A stretch of DNA of 64,000 nt. It comes from Lytechinus pictus (taxonomy: Eukaryota). Every line of letters begins with the position of its first letter. Within the stretch, counting starts at the first letter, position 1. Under the pieces are notes generated by a model, which was not told where the DNA came from, searched no databases, and worked only from the letters and a program-made list of their open reading frames with translations. Where the stretch lies: contig NC_087259.1 in NCBI RefSeq assembly GCF_037042905.1, positions 21,142,001-21,206,000 on the forward strand, in the 5' to 3' direction. Positions 37,063 through 49,258 of this stretch are shown here, one piece after another. The translations under genes and the position numbers were made by a program.

Positions 37063-38973
37063 TAAGCTTCCTTCTTCACTAAAAATGTCCTAATTTTTAT
37101 AAGTTTCAAATTGATACATTAAAAAAATTGTCAAAAGTAATTTTCTGAAAACTTTTGGATTCACAAATGAGGATGAGTACTTTCTTTGAGGAAGGAAACC
37201 TATACATTATTTTTGTAAATATAAATATCTGCATTTTTAGTTGTTGCATCTGTCAGTAGAACAATTAAAACTTTTTATCAATGATGATTAACCAAAATCA
37301 GAATATCTAGAATTAAACATTCAACTCTGCAACTTTTTTGGCCTCTTACAAATAAAAACAATATTCTTATCAATTCGAAGCGAAGAATAAAAAACTTACA
37401 ATAATAAATGCCGTTCTTCTGCCAGTTGCAATATAAGTACATGAACATTCAAATAATCCGTTTGTCTTTCATGTCGATAAATATATACATGGCATCAAAT
37501 TTGTTTAGTCACTTTTCAATATACATGTTGCTGACAGCGAGAAATATAACAACTTTTAAAAATGGATTTTGATACAAATTTAAGTTTGTGTCCATTTGAG
37601 CTGACACATGAAAATCTTTTTTTTTTTCTTCTTTCAGTTGTTAAAATAAATTTTGTAACAAATTTGGAACTAAGTGCATTTCGGTAAACATGAAAAAAAA
37701 ATTGTATTCCATTTAAATAAGGGAAAATATATATATATATATATATCCGTGCAAACAGAATATTGTTTGATGATAATAGATTGTCTTGCAGAAATTAGTC
37801 TTTTCTCTTTTATTTCCAAGGTATAACAAAAGTTAGTTCGTATTTCCAGAAAAGATTTTGCCTTTTGAATTTCTGTAATGAAAACAGCATTGCTCTTAAA
37901 AAGCAAGTAGGAAAATTCAGAAAAAATAAATTTTTTTGAACAAATTGTCCCTAATCGAAATTAGAGTACGGAACGGGGAGAAAACACAATTATTTTGCAA
38001 AAACAACCTTTACAATTTTTTTTTTCTGATATGTCCATACTTTTTTTTCGTATTGGACAAAACATCACATATATACATTAAACGATGATGGTAACATTTC
38101 AACATGAAAGTCTTTTCTTTAGATTTGGAAGAAATATTGATTTCCTTTGGGTTTTTTTTTTTTTTTTTTTTTTTTTGGGGGGGGGGCTGATAATAATAAT
38201 AATAAAATATGAATAAAGATAACTAAACTGTTTTTTTTTTTTTGTAACAGTCCATTTTGGTTTGAATTACAAGATGGAATCAATCAAAATAGTTTACATC
38301 TTGCATAACAAATTTTATCTTTTTTTTTTTTGGGGGGGGGTGGTTGTTCAAAAAATAATCTGATCATAGGAAAAGGTATTTGGTTGAAGCAACTATTAAA
38401 CTAACAATTTTTACTATAAAACATAATTCCTTTTGAATTTGGAATACTTATACATCTATTTTCCATATTTCTTTTAGATATAAAATTCCAGTTTCAGTAT
38501 AACTTTTGGAAAAGAATCTGGAAGGTTAACATGTTGAAAAATACATAGTTATCAAATATTTGAAAATGTGAAACATTTCAGTCAAAACTTTTTCTTGTTT
38601 TAAATCTTTTGAATTTTATTTTTGTTTTAAATCAGTATTATGTAATATTGTTGCTGTTCCTGTTTTCACTTTGGATTTGTTTAGTCTGCCAAAAGTTATT
38701 AAAATACTATTTTATCACATAAGAAAATAATTTGGACTATTTTCTTTCTTTTCAGAAAAAAAAATCATTCTGACTTTTGGTCTTAAAATGTGAGACTGGA
38801 AAGTTTCAATATTTTCTTACAAAACATTGCCATCTTCTTTTCTTCTTGTCTAGTCTTCTGCCCATCATTTGAGAATATAGTGATTGGCAGTTGACATCTG
38901 TGGCCATACTTCAGATCTTGAAGCAAGTCCATGTAGTTCATAATGACTGTCAGCTTGGGTTGGTACCGAGTGT

Positions 38974-40659
38974 CTATGAAGACGTACAGGTTTGGAGGTG
39001 AGCGCCAGGGTTGATGGTACCCTGACCTCCCTTCCAAGAAGAAGGATGATACTCTGCTGTGGAGATCTCAGAGAGAATGAAAGAATCTGAGTTAAAGGTA
39101 CTCTGATCATTCATCCACGAAGGAGGGTGAATGCTAGAATGGGGAGAAAAATGTGGAGTCTTGAAGTTAGGGTGATTACTGTAGGTGAAAGGAGACTGGT
39201 GAAGGATGAAGTTGGAGGCATCATCTTCTGTAGGAGACTCAACGATGCTGAAGTCATCTCCCGAGGTAGACTTGAAATTGCGAGAGTCAGCTTCTGTGGA
39301 AATCATGCAGACGTTTGAGTGGATATCTTTCGAGGAAGACCTGGGTTTCTTCTGGTAGTTGGATTGTTTCTTCCCAGTCTTGGACTTTTTCTTACTTGGT
39401 CCATCTTTGAATTTTTTCCTTGGTTGGCAAGATGTTGGGTGTAATAACTTGGTTCGGCAGTCTTTGAAGTCTTCCTGTGGTTGGTATGATGAATGGCTGA
39501 TCCGGGAAGAAGGCTGGTTACCATTGCTTGCGTATTGGTTGGGATGACAAAGATTGCAAGTCTTGCAAAAGTTCAAGATGTCTTGGTGCATGAATGGCCA
39601 GAATAGCTCAGACTTGGCTTTCTCCAGGGTCTGATCAATGTCAAGGTACTCTGCTGACTGATGATCATGGAGAAGTGGCAACATCTCTGGAATGAGATTC
39701 CTTGGGATGACCGCTTGGAAGATCCGTTTCACTTTCTTCCTGTCCATCTTGGATCGATAGAGGATGTCATCTTTAATGCAGAAACGAGGTAGTTGCCATA
39801 AGTAACGTCTAATTCGCGGGTGGTATTGACGAATCTCTTTCGGCGAAAATCTTTGTCCATCAGTAACAGTCTCTCTCAGTTTCCTTATTTCTCCGTCTTT
39901 CTTCTGATGTTCGAGAATTTTCAGTTCGAGTCTGGTGAAGGACTTAGCTGGATGAGGACTTCGTTGGTTGATTGAGATAGGTCTGCTGTCAGTGGTTTTC
40001 TCCAGATTGGTTTGGGTACCTGCAGAGACTGATGAAGGAAGCATGGGTGTGATGACTGAAACAATTGCTGGAGGAGGCTGAAAATTGGTAGGTATATGTT
40101 GCCCGAGTTGGTGCTCTTGTCTGTTAGAGGGGGCATTCCTCTTGGCTTGGTGTCTTAGAGGGCTCGATAAACTGAGCTGAGGTTGTTGATGTGAGTGCTG
40201 GAGTCTCTCTAGCTTTTCTTCTAGTTTCTCTAGACGAAGGAGGACTTGCTGGAGCACTTCACCTACATTCCTTAAGGCAGCAACCCGAGACTCTTCATCT
40301 GGTGGTGATTGCGATGAAAGAGAGTGGTCTGGTTCGATGAAGGTTGCTTCACTCTTGGAATGCGCATCAAAATGTTTCTGGCTGGTAGAGTTGCTGGATA
40401 TCTGGAAGTTGTTCAGGTTGCCTCTTCCAAAAATCGCAGATAGGATAGTCTTAGCTTCATGGAAGTCTTTCTGTCTAGATTCTGAAAAGCTCTCCCAAAC
40501 TTGCAAGGCGGAACCTGCTAGACATGAGGGAAGGAGGACATGTATACGGCTAAGCGCATCAGGTACCATCTCTACGGCGACTTCAAACCGTCTGACCCAT
40601 TGTCGAAAATCTTGCCCATCATCTCCTGTGAACACCTCTGGTAATTCAATGTCAAACAT
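38974..40659 (-). CDS. Gag-like protein fused to an integrase H2C2 zinc-binding region (561 aa from first ATG)
   Basis: N-terminal LPEVFTGDDGQDFRQWVRRFEVA (Gag capsid-like), coiled coil, then QKKD..I..LR..DDILYR..QAVIP..LHDHQSAEYL..QT......FWPFM..DI..FCKTCNLC. No protease, YxDD RT, RNase H or DDE motifs. Confidence 0.85.
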   Translation of the reverse strand: MFDIELPEVFTGDDGQDFRQWVRRFEVAVEMVPDALSRIHVLLPSCLAGSALQVWESFSESRQKDFHEAKTILSAIFGRGNLNNFQISSNSTSQKHFDAHSKSEATFIEPDHSLSSQSPPDEESRVAALRNVGEVLQQVLLRLEKLEEKLERLQHSHQQPQLSLSSPLRHQAKRNAPSNRQEHQLGQHIPTNFQPPPAIVSVITPMLPSSVSAGTQTNLEKTTDSRPISINQRSPHPAKSFTRLELKILEHQKKDGEIRKLRETVTDGQRFSPKEIRQYHPRIRRYLWQLPRFCIKDDILYRSKMDRKKVKRIFQAVIPRNLIPEMLPLLHDHQSAEYLDIDQTLEKAKSELFWPFMHQDILNFCKTCNLCHPNQYASNGNQPSSRISHSSYQPQEDFKDCRTKLLHPTSCQPRKKFKDGPSKKKSKTGKKQSNYQKKPRSSSKDIHSNVCMISTEADSRNFKSTSGDDFSIVESPTEDDASNFILHQSPFTYSNHPNFKTPHFSPHSSIHPPSWMNDQSTFNSDSFILSEISTAEYHPSSWKGGQGTINPGAHLQTCTSS

Positions 40660-41114
40660 GGTTAAACCTATGTCATCAAATAACTTGACACTGCTGAAAA
40701 GGGTAGGCAATTAAGACTAGAAAATCCCGGAATAATTTCAGAGTGCTGGAGAGGGTTGAGCATATACACATGAAGGAGGATGTGACGTAGTTCTAAACAG
40801 CTACAAACATTTCAGAAAGGACTTCAAAATTGTGGTAGCACAGCTCATATGGAAGCAAGGCTGAAAATAACTGTTTCATCAAGCAGCAGTTTACAAAACC
40901 AACATGAAGAAGGGTGACTAGTAAAGGCTATCTATGATGAGAATAACAAGATTATACAGGCAAAAGGCTTACCACAGAAATAAGAGCTGGAACTAGCTGA
41001 ATAGATTGAGTATTGAACTTGACGAAGGATGCTAGGGTGTAAAAATCTTGAAGAAAGGGCGTGGCAGGCTCGGAGTTTCCTGGGTAAGACAACAGGACCA
41101 CCGCTGCTACCAGT

Positions 41115-41690
41115 TGTAGAGTGGCCGAATGTTCAATGATACACCTCACAAAATCAGTCGTAAAACAAGCAAACTCAAATCATATCAAACAGCCAGAAGC
41201 ACCAAATAAGAAGAACCTAAAATATAATTGAAGCTGAACTAAACTCAAAATAAAGATGTTGACAAAATGAAGTCCAGTGATGCTCTAATTTATTGGTCTG
41301 CAATCTAGACCTCACAAGGCATTGCCTTCACAAATTATATATTCAAATGTATTCAAAACATAGTGTCACATGATAAATTCAACCAATAGAGAAAGAAAGA
41401 ATGGAAGAACCCAGAAAAGTGGAAGAACCAAGGGTGAAAGGTGAACCAATGAGAATGAGATAGGATGATATGAATGAGGAACAATGTTCTGAATGTAAAT
41501 GAGAAAAGGACAATAGAAACATGTGGAGATGCATGGAGTTGGAATGGCAATGGAATGATGTGATGTAGAAACTAAGGAATGAGAGAAACAGGTGTGTGAC
41601 AGAGGCATAGAAATGGTAGTGAAGAGAATTATGGAAAGCAAAGTGTGAAATAAACAATTATATTAAATAAGGCAAAATTCAACTCTTACA
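41115..41690 (-). repeat. 5' LTR
   Basis: Followed on the minus strand by the PBS. Confidence 0.95.
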
Positions 41691-42919
41691 CTAGGTTGAA
41701 TACTAGTGCCGACGGGTTGAATACTAGTACCAAAATCCGTCGCCGTAAAATTCGATCGCCCGCGCAAACAGTCAACTGGTTGAAGAAAAAAATAACGGAA
41801 AAAGAATAACCAGCATTTGCTCTTGGAAATAAGACGGGTCTGAAATTCAGGTAAATTCTATATTTCTATATATTTGAGGAAACTCTCCAAACGGGTTGAA
41901 TACTAGTGCCCTTACGGTACAGATCGAACTAGAACTTCGGTCTCTGTATTTTGGTGAGTGGAGCCAACAGAGTTCATCGGAACAACCAACATAGCAGAGA
42001 CCGAAGTTTTTGGTCTATCTTCAGCCATGGACATCGGGAACAGCTCTATTTTGATTTTTTGCTCAGATCTTGTTGCTCAGTCTCAAACACACAGATTTAT
42101 TCTGACTTGACTGAAGTTAGGGGTAAAAGTTCAAAATTGTTTGTAGCTAAGCATAATCATGATTCATAATGCACGCACCTGTGTCTGTGAACGTCGATAT
42201 AACAATGACATTAAGGCTAAGCTCTAGACTACATTATTCTAAAGACTTGACTAACGTTAAGTTAGTAGCATCTGAGACTGAGTCTGCCATCTGTGTATGG
42301 CAAGTCTGCGCAGTCTCCCTGGCCTTGTCTGCGCACACGCGCATCTGCGCGATTCTATCTAGTAAAAGAAGATACGTGACGACCACATGCAATACATAGA
42401 AAGTTATTCATTAAAAAATCTGACTCAAAGACAAAATGGTGAAAAAATAATGAATTTTGGGCTTTTCATGTGAAGGCCTCAAAATGCAGCCTTTTTCATC
42501 AAAATCCCAGAACCGTGTGCAAAGTGAATGGGTGGGCAGACATGGGGTACCATATAGGGTTCTATCTGAAAGTGACCACCCGAGGTTTGTTCATAGAAAA
42601 TCATATTTCAAATTTTTACGAGATATTTGGACATTTGGTACACTTTCTCATAATATAAGGAACATTATCACATGAAAGATTTTGTGAAATAAAAAGAAAT
42701 TCATGTTAAATCTTAACTCAAATCGTTAGGTGCGCAGGCTTGTGGACAACCGTCATACTAAAATAGTGTTATTGTTAGGCCATAATAGTAATAATACCAA
42801 TAAATTAAGGAATCTTTCACCCAATCCTTTTACACTGACAGATTTTCTTGGAACAGTCATTTTGGTGTTGGTCCTGAGAGAGTGTCCTAGACCCAGAGGA
42901 GGGACCTCTCACCACCATC

Positions 42920-45814
42920 ATGGTGGACCTATGGTATCTCCTTGCACTATTCCTGGTTCTCATTGTACAGGTAAGTCATCTCGAACCCATTACACCAAGG
43001 TGGGGGCAAGTAGGCCTTTGTCTAGTATGACACCAGTTGGGATGGTAATATTACTGTAGATACGTTTGAGCTGCAGTGTATCTAATCAAACAATTAATAT
43101 CTTATTTTCAGTGGCTACTTTTCACAGCTTACTGCCTACTTCTGCATCATTGGATAAGCTTTACAACGGCAATGAATTAGGAGTTTTAAGGACTCCTTAT
43201 TTTTAGTTTCCAGGGCTCTTTTGAGCATTTTGGGCTGAAATCGCCCGAGCCCCCGTGTATTTTTTTCCCTGGAGCTCTCAGCTTTTGTGTTACTCAACCT
43301 ATTCAATTTTGTTGTGGAATGAGAAGTGTAGTACCATATTTCTTACCTGTTGCAGAAATGGTTACAAATAAATTTAATTAAAAAAATCAAGCCCAACACG
43401 ATTTTTAATTGATCATGCACTTGGGACTTTTATTTGATTTTAGTTTTGAACCCAAATTTCTGGGCCAATCAAAACGATGCCGTTGCAACTGACCCAGAAT
43501 GGTAGTACCTGTATGGCACAAGACTATGATTTGGCCTTGTTATTGAAAAAATAAATACTGTTAAAACTTTTCTCCTCTCCTTGCAGGTAACCAGGAGTAT
43601 GGGGAGCCTAGAGAAGCTATCGTCAGAGCTATGCCTCACCAAAGGATTCTCTTCCAATCTTTTATGTAGTGCCTGTGGTAATTTAGGTGAATTTAACCTG
43701 AATGAGCTCGAGGGACCCTGTCGGCAATGTTGCCAAGATGACGCTGAAGATGATTCCTTTGCAGTAAGTTCAAGTTGTGCAATGTTTGTTTCATTTAATT
43801 TTACTTGTGTAAAATGCATTAAATGTGATAATTAGTGCTTACTATCATGTGGAGATTATCATTAAATAAAAAAATCTTGCAAAATTAAAAATAATGTATT
43901 TTGAGAATATTTATTCTGATTGCCTATATGACAAACTTACAGCAGCATCACAAAACAAATTTGATGATTCTTCTCACCTTCACATATGAATGTTGATTTT
44001 TTTTTTTGTTCGCTTTTAGACTCAAATTTGTGAAGAAGTGGACCTTTTAGTATTATTTTTTTAGTTTTGACTTTCCCATTCTTTATACATATTTTGTTTT
44101 GTATATTGTCTCTCCTAACAGCCATTCCACCATGCTCATTTAGAAGTATGTGGATGAAAATTGGGTCGGTTTCCACAGATCCAAGGTGAGTTAAATTCCA
44201 AAATTTAGACACAATGGCCTGAATTCACAAAGGTGGTTTTGAAAACCATCTGTTGAACCCATGGTTTATGCAGATTTCCTGTATAAATTACACATAAATA
44301 GCGCGTATAATGAAATATGTCTAGTGCTGATGCATGCTTTTGTCACAGTGCGACAAATTGACACCTGTACGTTATTTTATTAATGAGTCCACTGTTTTTG
44401 ACAGTGGACTCATGAATAAAACGGTGTACTGTACCATGACAATATTATAGGCGTCATTTGGGCGCACTGTGACAAACACGTGCATCAGAATTGGACTTTT
44501 TAAATAAACGAGGTAAATGAGTCATAATTTCATATGGAAATCTGCATAACCCATGGGTTCAACTGATGGCTTTCAAAATCACCTTTGTGAATTTGGGCCA
44601 GCTAATATCAATCCATCAGTCAAACTGTTACATGATCACTCTAACTCTAGGGCCCTGTTACACAAAATTGTTTTAGTAACAAAAGCTAGAATTCTTTGTC
44701 ATATATTTGCTCTTGAACAATCACACGGCACCATTTGACTAGCTGATGATGGGGGCTCGATGGGAAGGGAGCGTGCCATTGTCTATAGCTTTTAATAAAC
44801 AGGTTTAATTTTAACATCATAGAGGTAGGTTGACCGTGGAAGTGGAAGGACTGATGAGGGTGATAATATGATTAATTCAATATCATTACTTTCATCTTGA
44901 AACTTGAGACATTTCATACAGACGGATTGGAAACCCCTAGTTACATGTATATAATTGTTTAACTTAATTGTAACTCACGTTCGTATGTTTTGTTTCTATT
45001 TTGTCTTCTAAGCTTTTGTAAAGAGTGAGAGACCTAAAAAGTATAACAACTTGAAAGTCAAGGTAAGTTAATTTCCTTTGCTATATAAGTACAACAATAT
45101 ATCTGCCTCTTCAACTTGTACTACCTCCTTTGCTCATAAAAAAATGAAATGACAAAAACACATAGTTTGAAATGTTTCTATTGATATCAATTAATTTTCA
45201 TTGCCTTATGTCTTCTACGTATCCATATGGGTTTACTCTGCGACCCCGGTTTTATAGTATAAAAAAACTAGAAGTCACTTTCATCCATATTATCACATAA
45301 TTGATGTTGTTGTACTCTTATAACTTGATTATACCCACACCTCCCAAATACCCCTCACAAAGAACATGATAATCATGAATTGATTTAACCTTCCAAATCA
45401 TTAAAATTGTACGTATTGATTTATTATCGACTCTGGATGATGACTCTTCATGACTGAAATGTAATAAGGAAAGTTATTTTCTTAAGATTTTCACTGCAAA
45501 TCTGATAATACAGTGCATTAAATACAGAAAACAAAATCTCTCAAAATACTTTTCTGATTAGTGTCAATATTCCTACATATTGATTTGTTTTATGTTTATG
45601 ATGAATGTTCAAACACAACTATACTAGTCGGTTGTGAAAGAGCCTATCTCAATGGGAGATCCTCTTTTATTTTTCATTTTTTTAGTATCTGCGCGGTGCG
45701 GATCCTGTCTTGAAGTTCTTGGATGAGAAAAACAAGGTCATCGAAACTCTAAGCATTGAGAAGTGGAACACCGACTCAATTGATGAATTCCTCATGGAGA
45801 GGCTTAAACCTTAA
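42920..45814 (+). CDS. SELENOF: Selenoprotein F (Sep15), 156 aa with Sec
   Basis: Exons 42920-42970, 43587-43763, 44122-44185, 45013-45062, 45686-45814 in phase: signal peptide MVDLWYLLALFLVLIVQ; Cys-rich GFSSNLLCSAC..CRQCCQ; LEVCG-U(TGA 44155-44157)-KLGRFPQIQAFVKS; YLRGADPVLK..EKWNTDSIDEFL. Confidence 0.97.
44215..44600. mobile_element. Long palindromic PIF/Harbinger-like MITE in SELENOF intron
   Basis: ggcctgaattcacaaaggtggttttgaaaaccatc / gatggctttcaaaatcacctttgtgaatttgggcc, with inverted symmetry almost to the centre. Smaller GGGCCC-ended palindromes at ~34830-34967, ~55028-55156, ~59569-59733. Confidence 0.7.
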
Positions 45815-46239
45815 ACCTTCCAAATAGTTATATAAAGGTCCTTAAAATCCTTGATGGGTTTGAGGCAAGAGTAAGAGAGAGAGAGAGAATTTCATTAAGA
45901 CATTGCTTAATAAGAATAATTCTTGAAGATCACACTTAGGTATTGCTATGGATATTTGAGTGTTAAGCTCTCCACTCATTACCAGTATTACTGTTTTTTT
46001 TCACATTTCATTGAACAATTTGAGGAAAAATGTCAACCAAATAGCGTAATGGTGCATTGTAGGTTTGGACTTTCCAATGTCGTCTTGTGTCATGTATAAA
46101 TAGCAATGTCTTACTGTTTTTCTGATTTCTGTGAAGATTATTAGCCAGAGATATAGCTATGCTTCATTCAATATGAAGGGAACTTCCTTTCCCTTGCTAT
46201 AAAAAAACATATCTCTTTAGTTAAGAAAATATGCTGTGT

Positions 46240-46340
46240 AGACATAAGTAAAAAGAGCTCTGAACAAGCGCAGCTGAATATATCCATATAAAAGCTGCGC
46301 TATATAAATTAATGCTTATTATTATTATTATTATTATAAT
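46240..46340 (+). mobile_element. SINE/LINE 3' tail remnant in SELENOF 3' UTR
   Basis: gcgctatataaat followed by (ATT)n, typical of L2-tailed deuterostome SINEs. Confidence 0.5.
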
Positions 46341-46620
46341 AGTCCCTATTCAAAATAAAAGAATCTTTTTAGCTATTGACTGGCCAAAACAGAAATACAT
46401 GTATTCAATTCTTGCAAAAAGACAGTCTTTCGTGGAAATTCAGTTTTCCTGGATAAATGATCATAAGATGCATTCTTGTTCACGAACTAGTGATATATTT
46501 ACCTCTTACCATTTAATACTCAGATCTTATTTGACCTTTGACCCTATTATTTATTATTATATATGTACTTATATGTAACCAAGATCCTTGAATGAAGGAT
46601 AGCTATAGCAGAGTGCTGTG

Positions 46621-46697
46621 AGATCAACCATAGTCTATGAAGACGGTTCAATAAACCAAATGGTGTGGACTGTTGGATGCCAATGTATGGTTAGTCT
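46621..46697 (+). promoter_or_regulatory. SECIS element (type II) of SELENOF
   Basis: Helix I aaccata/tatggtt; core ATGAA (46637-46641)...GGAT; helix II gacggttca/tggactgtt; unpaired AAA then cca/tgg mini-stem; ~0.8 kb after the stop codon. Confidence 0.9.
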
Positions 46698-49258
46698 TGT
46701 CTTCACTCTCTCTTATCATTACAAAGGAAAATTTTGATGATAAATCCATTATGAATTAAATTATAATACTGCACATTCTTACAATTTGAGATTATTTTTG
46801 ACAATTTACCAAATTTGTATTATTGTACATGTTGTTGCCAGTTATATGTATTGAACTCACTCCAGTTTTCAACATTTCCAGTTTGAATATAGTTGCTAGG
46901 CTATTTCTAAGTAGAATAGGGCTGCGAATCATGAAATTCATCTTCAGTAGCAGGTTATAAGCTACTTTCTTTTACGCTTCTGAAATCATGATATTGGATT
47001 GGCTGAGAGGCGATTGTCCTACAAATCCATCAGTTGTTATTTTCAAATTATATGAAACTGACCCCAGAATTCACCCTTTATTGCAGGTCACCATGCTAGA
47101 TTTTCTTTCAGTTTTAATATTGCAAGTGATGTTTCCATATTAAAAACAAAATCTACAGAATTCACTTTTAAAACATCATAATAATATTAAGAAAAAAGTG
47201 AAAAAGAAAAACAAAAAAGCACAAGTTAATAGCAACCATGTGCACAGATTTGAACATCAAGTGTTTACCTGAATGGCTTGCCAGATTTTTGTTTCTCTTG
47301 TCTTTGTGAAAATTCCCCCAAGATTTCAATTGAAATGAACTAGTTGGTCAAACACACATAATTCACATATTCTTATCAACTCAATTTTGATGTTAACTCA
47401 TTTTAATTCTAATTAAAAATGTATTAAAATAGTTTTTTTTTTCAACTTATAGTATGGTTTAGAACCTTGTGAAATTATTATTTTTTCAAATCTGTCAATC
47501 ATATTTAAAGGTAGCATACAATACCCACTGTTTCTCAAAATCATTTTTCAATTACAATCTATTGCAAATCATTGTTTTGATGAAATACATGTTAATATGT
47601 GGAGCAAGATATGCATTTAACTTTGACAGATTTAACTCACCCTCTTAGCTCTAAATAATAGGATAATGGATGAAATACCGGTGTAACAATGATCTGTTTG
47701 AATGTGTGCATTTTAATTCAATGATGTAAAATGTCTGAAGCCTGTATTTTTATGTTTTGTGGATGTATCAATAAATGTATGAAATTCATGTTAAAAATTG
47801 TTGCTCATTATCAGTTGAATATTGTTTGGAATGTTTTCACTTGATCAGTACAAAGTAGTATTATATGCTTATGTCACATATCCAATAAACAGAAGTTAGT
47901 AGAGTATTTTGCACTTGAAAAAGTTCATTGCTAAAAATTTGTGGTACCATCCATTGGTCAGACTTTGGCCATATTCTTGTTAACTATGCCACATGGAGCC
48001 TTGATTAAAGATATATGTGCCCCATTGTGGATAAGTGTTGCAGGCTTTAATTGCTTGGTTGTCTCCTAGCATTTGATCATTAATCTTTGTTTGAATATAG
48101 CATTGTGATTAAAATCTATCTCAATTATGGAAAGCCAGCAGCATCATAATCATCTAGGTGTACGCTTCATCCTTTGTAAACTGAGGATGATACTGAATCG
48201 TCAAATTTAGGAAATTATACACACTCAGACAAGCATACATTACCTAAGAGCACTGTGCTCGGACTTGGTGACAAAATACAGTTATTGCCATTCCGTAGTT
48301 GAGTCTGGGTACAATCTTAGGCTCCAGTCGTACAAAAAAAATGACTCCAGACTGGCCGAAACTATTGTGTTATTTCCAATGACATAAAAGTCTAGTTTCA
48401 TCAGTGTGATTTGCATTACTGTTAATAAAACCATGTAGATGTTTCATAAAGCTTTTAGTACATTACGAGCGACTGGCGATCCTTTCTTACGTGCTAAATC
48501 AACACCAATTAAAATTTGGTGTATATCATTTTCCACAAGAAAGGATCACCAGTCATTCTTAAAGTCGCTTGTAACTTATGAACGGCTTTATGAAACACCC
48601 ATCTGATATACCCTTAAACACCTGATAAAACCCGAGTATGTAACCAAAAGAGTAAAAGTACGTATTACTGATTTGAATATAGTCCAATAAAAAAGAGTAA
48701 CATACTATGTACTGTATATAATGAAAAATGTTTTTTAATAGAAATATAATCTCTTAAAACATAATTGTAATTATTTCAAAATCAAAAACATTTTCAATAT
48801 TTGTATAAAAATCATACTTTTAAATATACATTTTAACAATGAAATGAAAGAAAAATACAACCCCAAATGCACTCTGCCTCCATAGGCACCCTCATAGAAT
48901 TGATATAAATGAACAAATAATTATTATACAACCAATCAAACATATTATTGAGATAATCAAATTTCTTTATCACCTTTCTCATGAGCCCTGGCAAGCAATT
49001 TCATATTCAAACACTGAGAGGATAAAGGCATAAAATACATAGACACAACTCTTTGGCATTAAACAGATATGATGCAATCTGCAGTGATAAACTGCCAGTT
49101 TTATCAAAGGAATAATTACTTTCGAATAAGCACTTACAACATTTTTACTCTTGTAATTTCCAAATCATTGTTCTAACTCAAGTAATACATGTTCTATGAA
49201 AATGTTTTCTACTATCAACTACCTTCTTTTATGTACCTGTAGATTTATCTGTAGATGG

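Larger units (their letters stand above)
36487..41690 (-). mobile_element. Young non-autonomous Ty3/Gypsy-type LTR retrotransposon
   Basis: 576-bp TG...CA LTRs at 36487-37062 and 41115-41690, one substitution seen (G37001/T41629); 4-bp TSD CTAG; PBS TGGTAGCAGCGGTGG (41112-41098, tRNA-Leu- or iMet-like); PPT agtgaagaaggaag just before the 3' LTR. Confidence 0.95.
36093..41917. mobile_element. Tc2/pogo-like MITE (TA TSD) split by the LTR element
   Basis: TA|CCGTA ... TACGG|TA ends; arms 36093-36317 and 41691-41917 are diverged reverse complements with repeated (ac)tagtattcaacc motifs. Confidence 0.75.

Noticed and set aside
42026-42110. ATG at ~42027 as the SELENOF start
   Set aside because: Closes at TGA with no donor and no signal peptide; ATG 42920 gives a signal peptide and in-phase splicing.
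44155-44157. TGA as evidence of a pseudogene
   Set aside because: Aligns with the conserved Sec position, and a SECIS is present.
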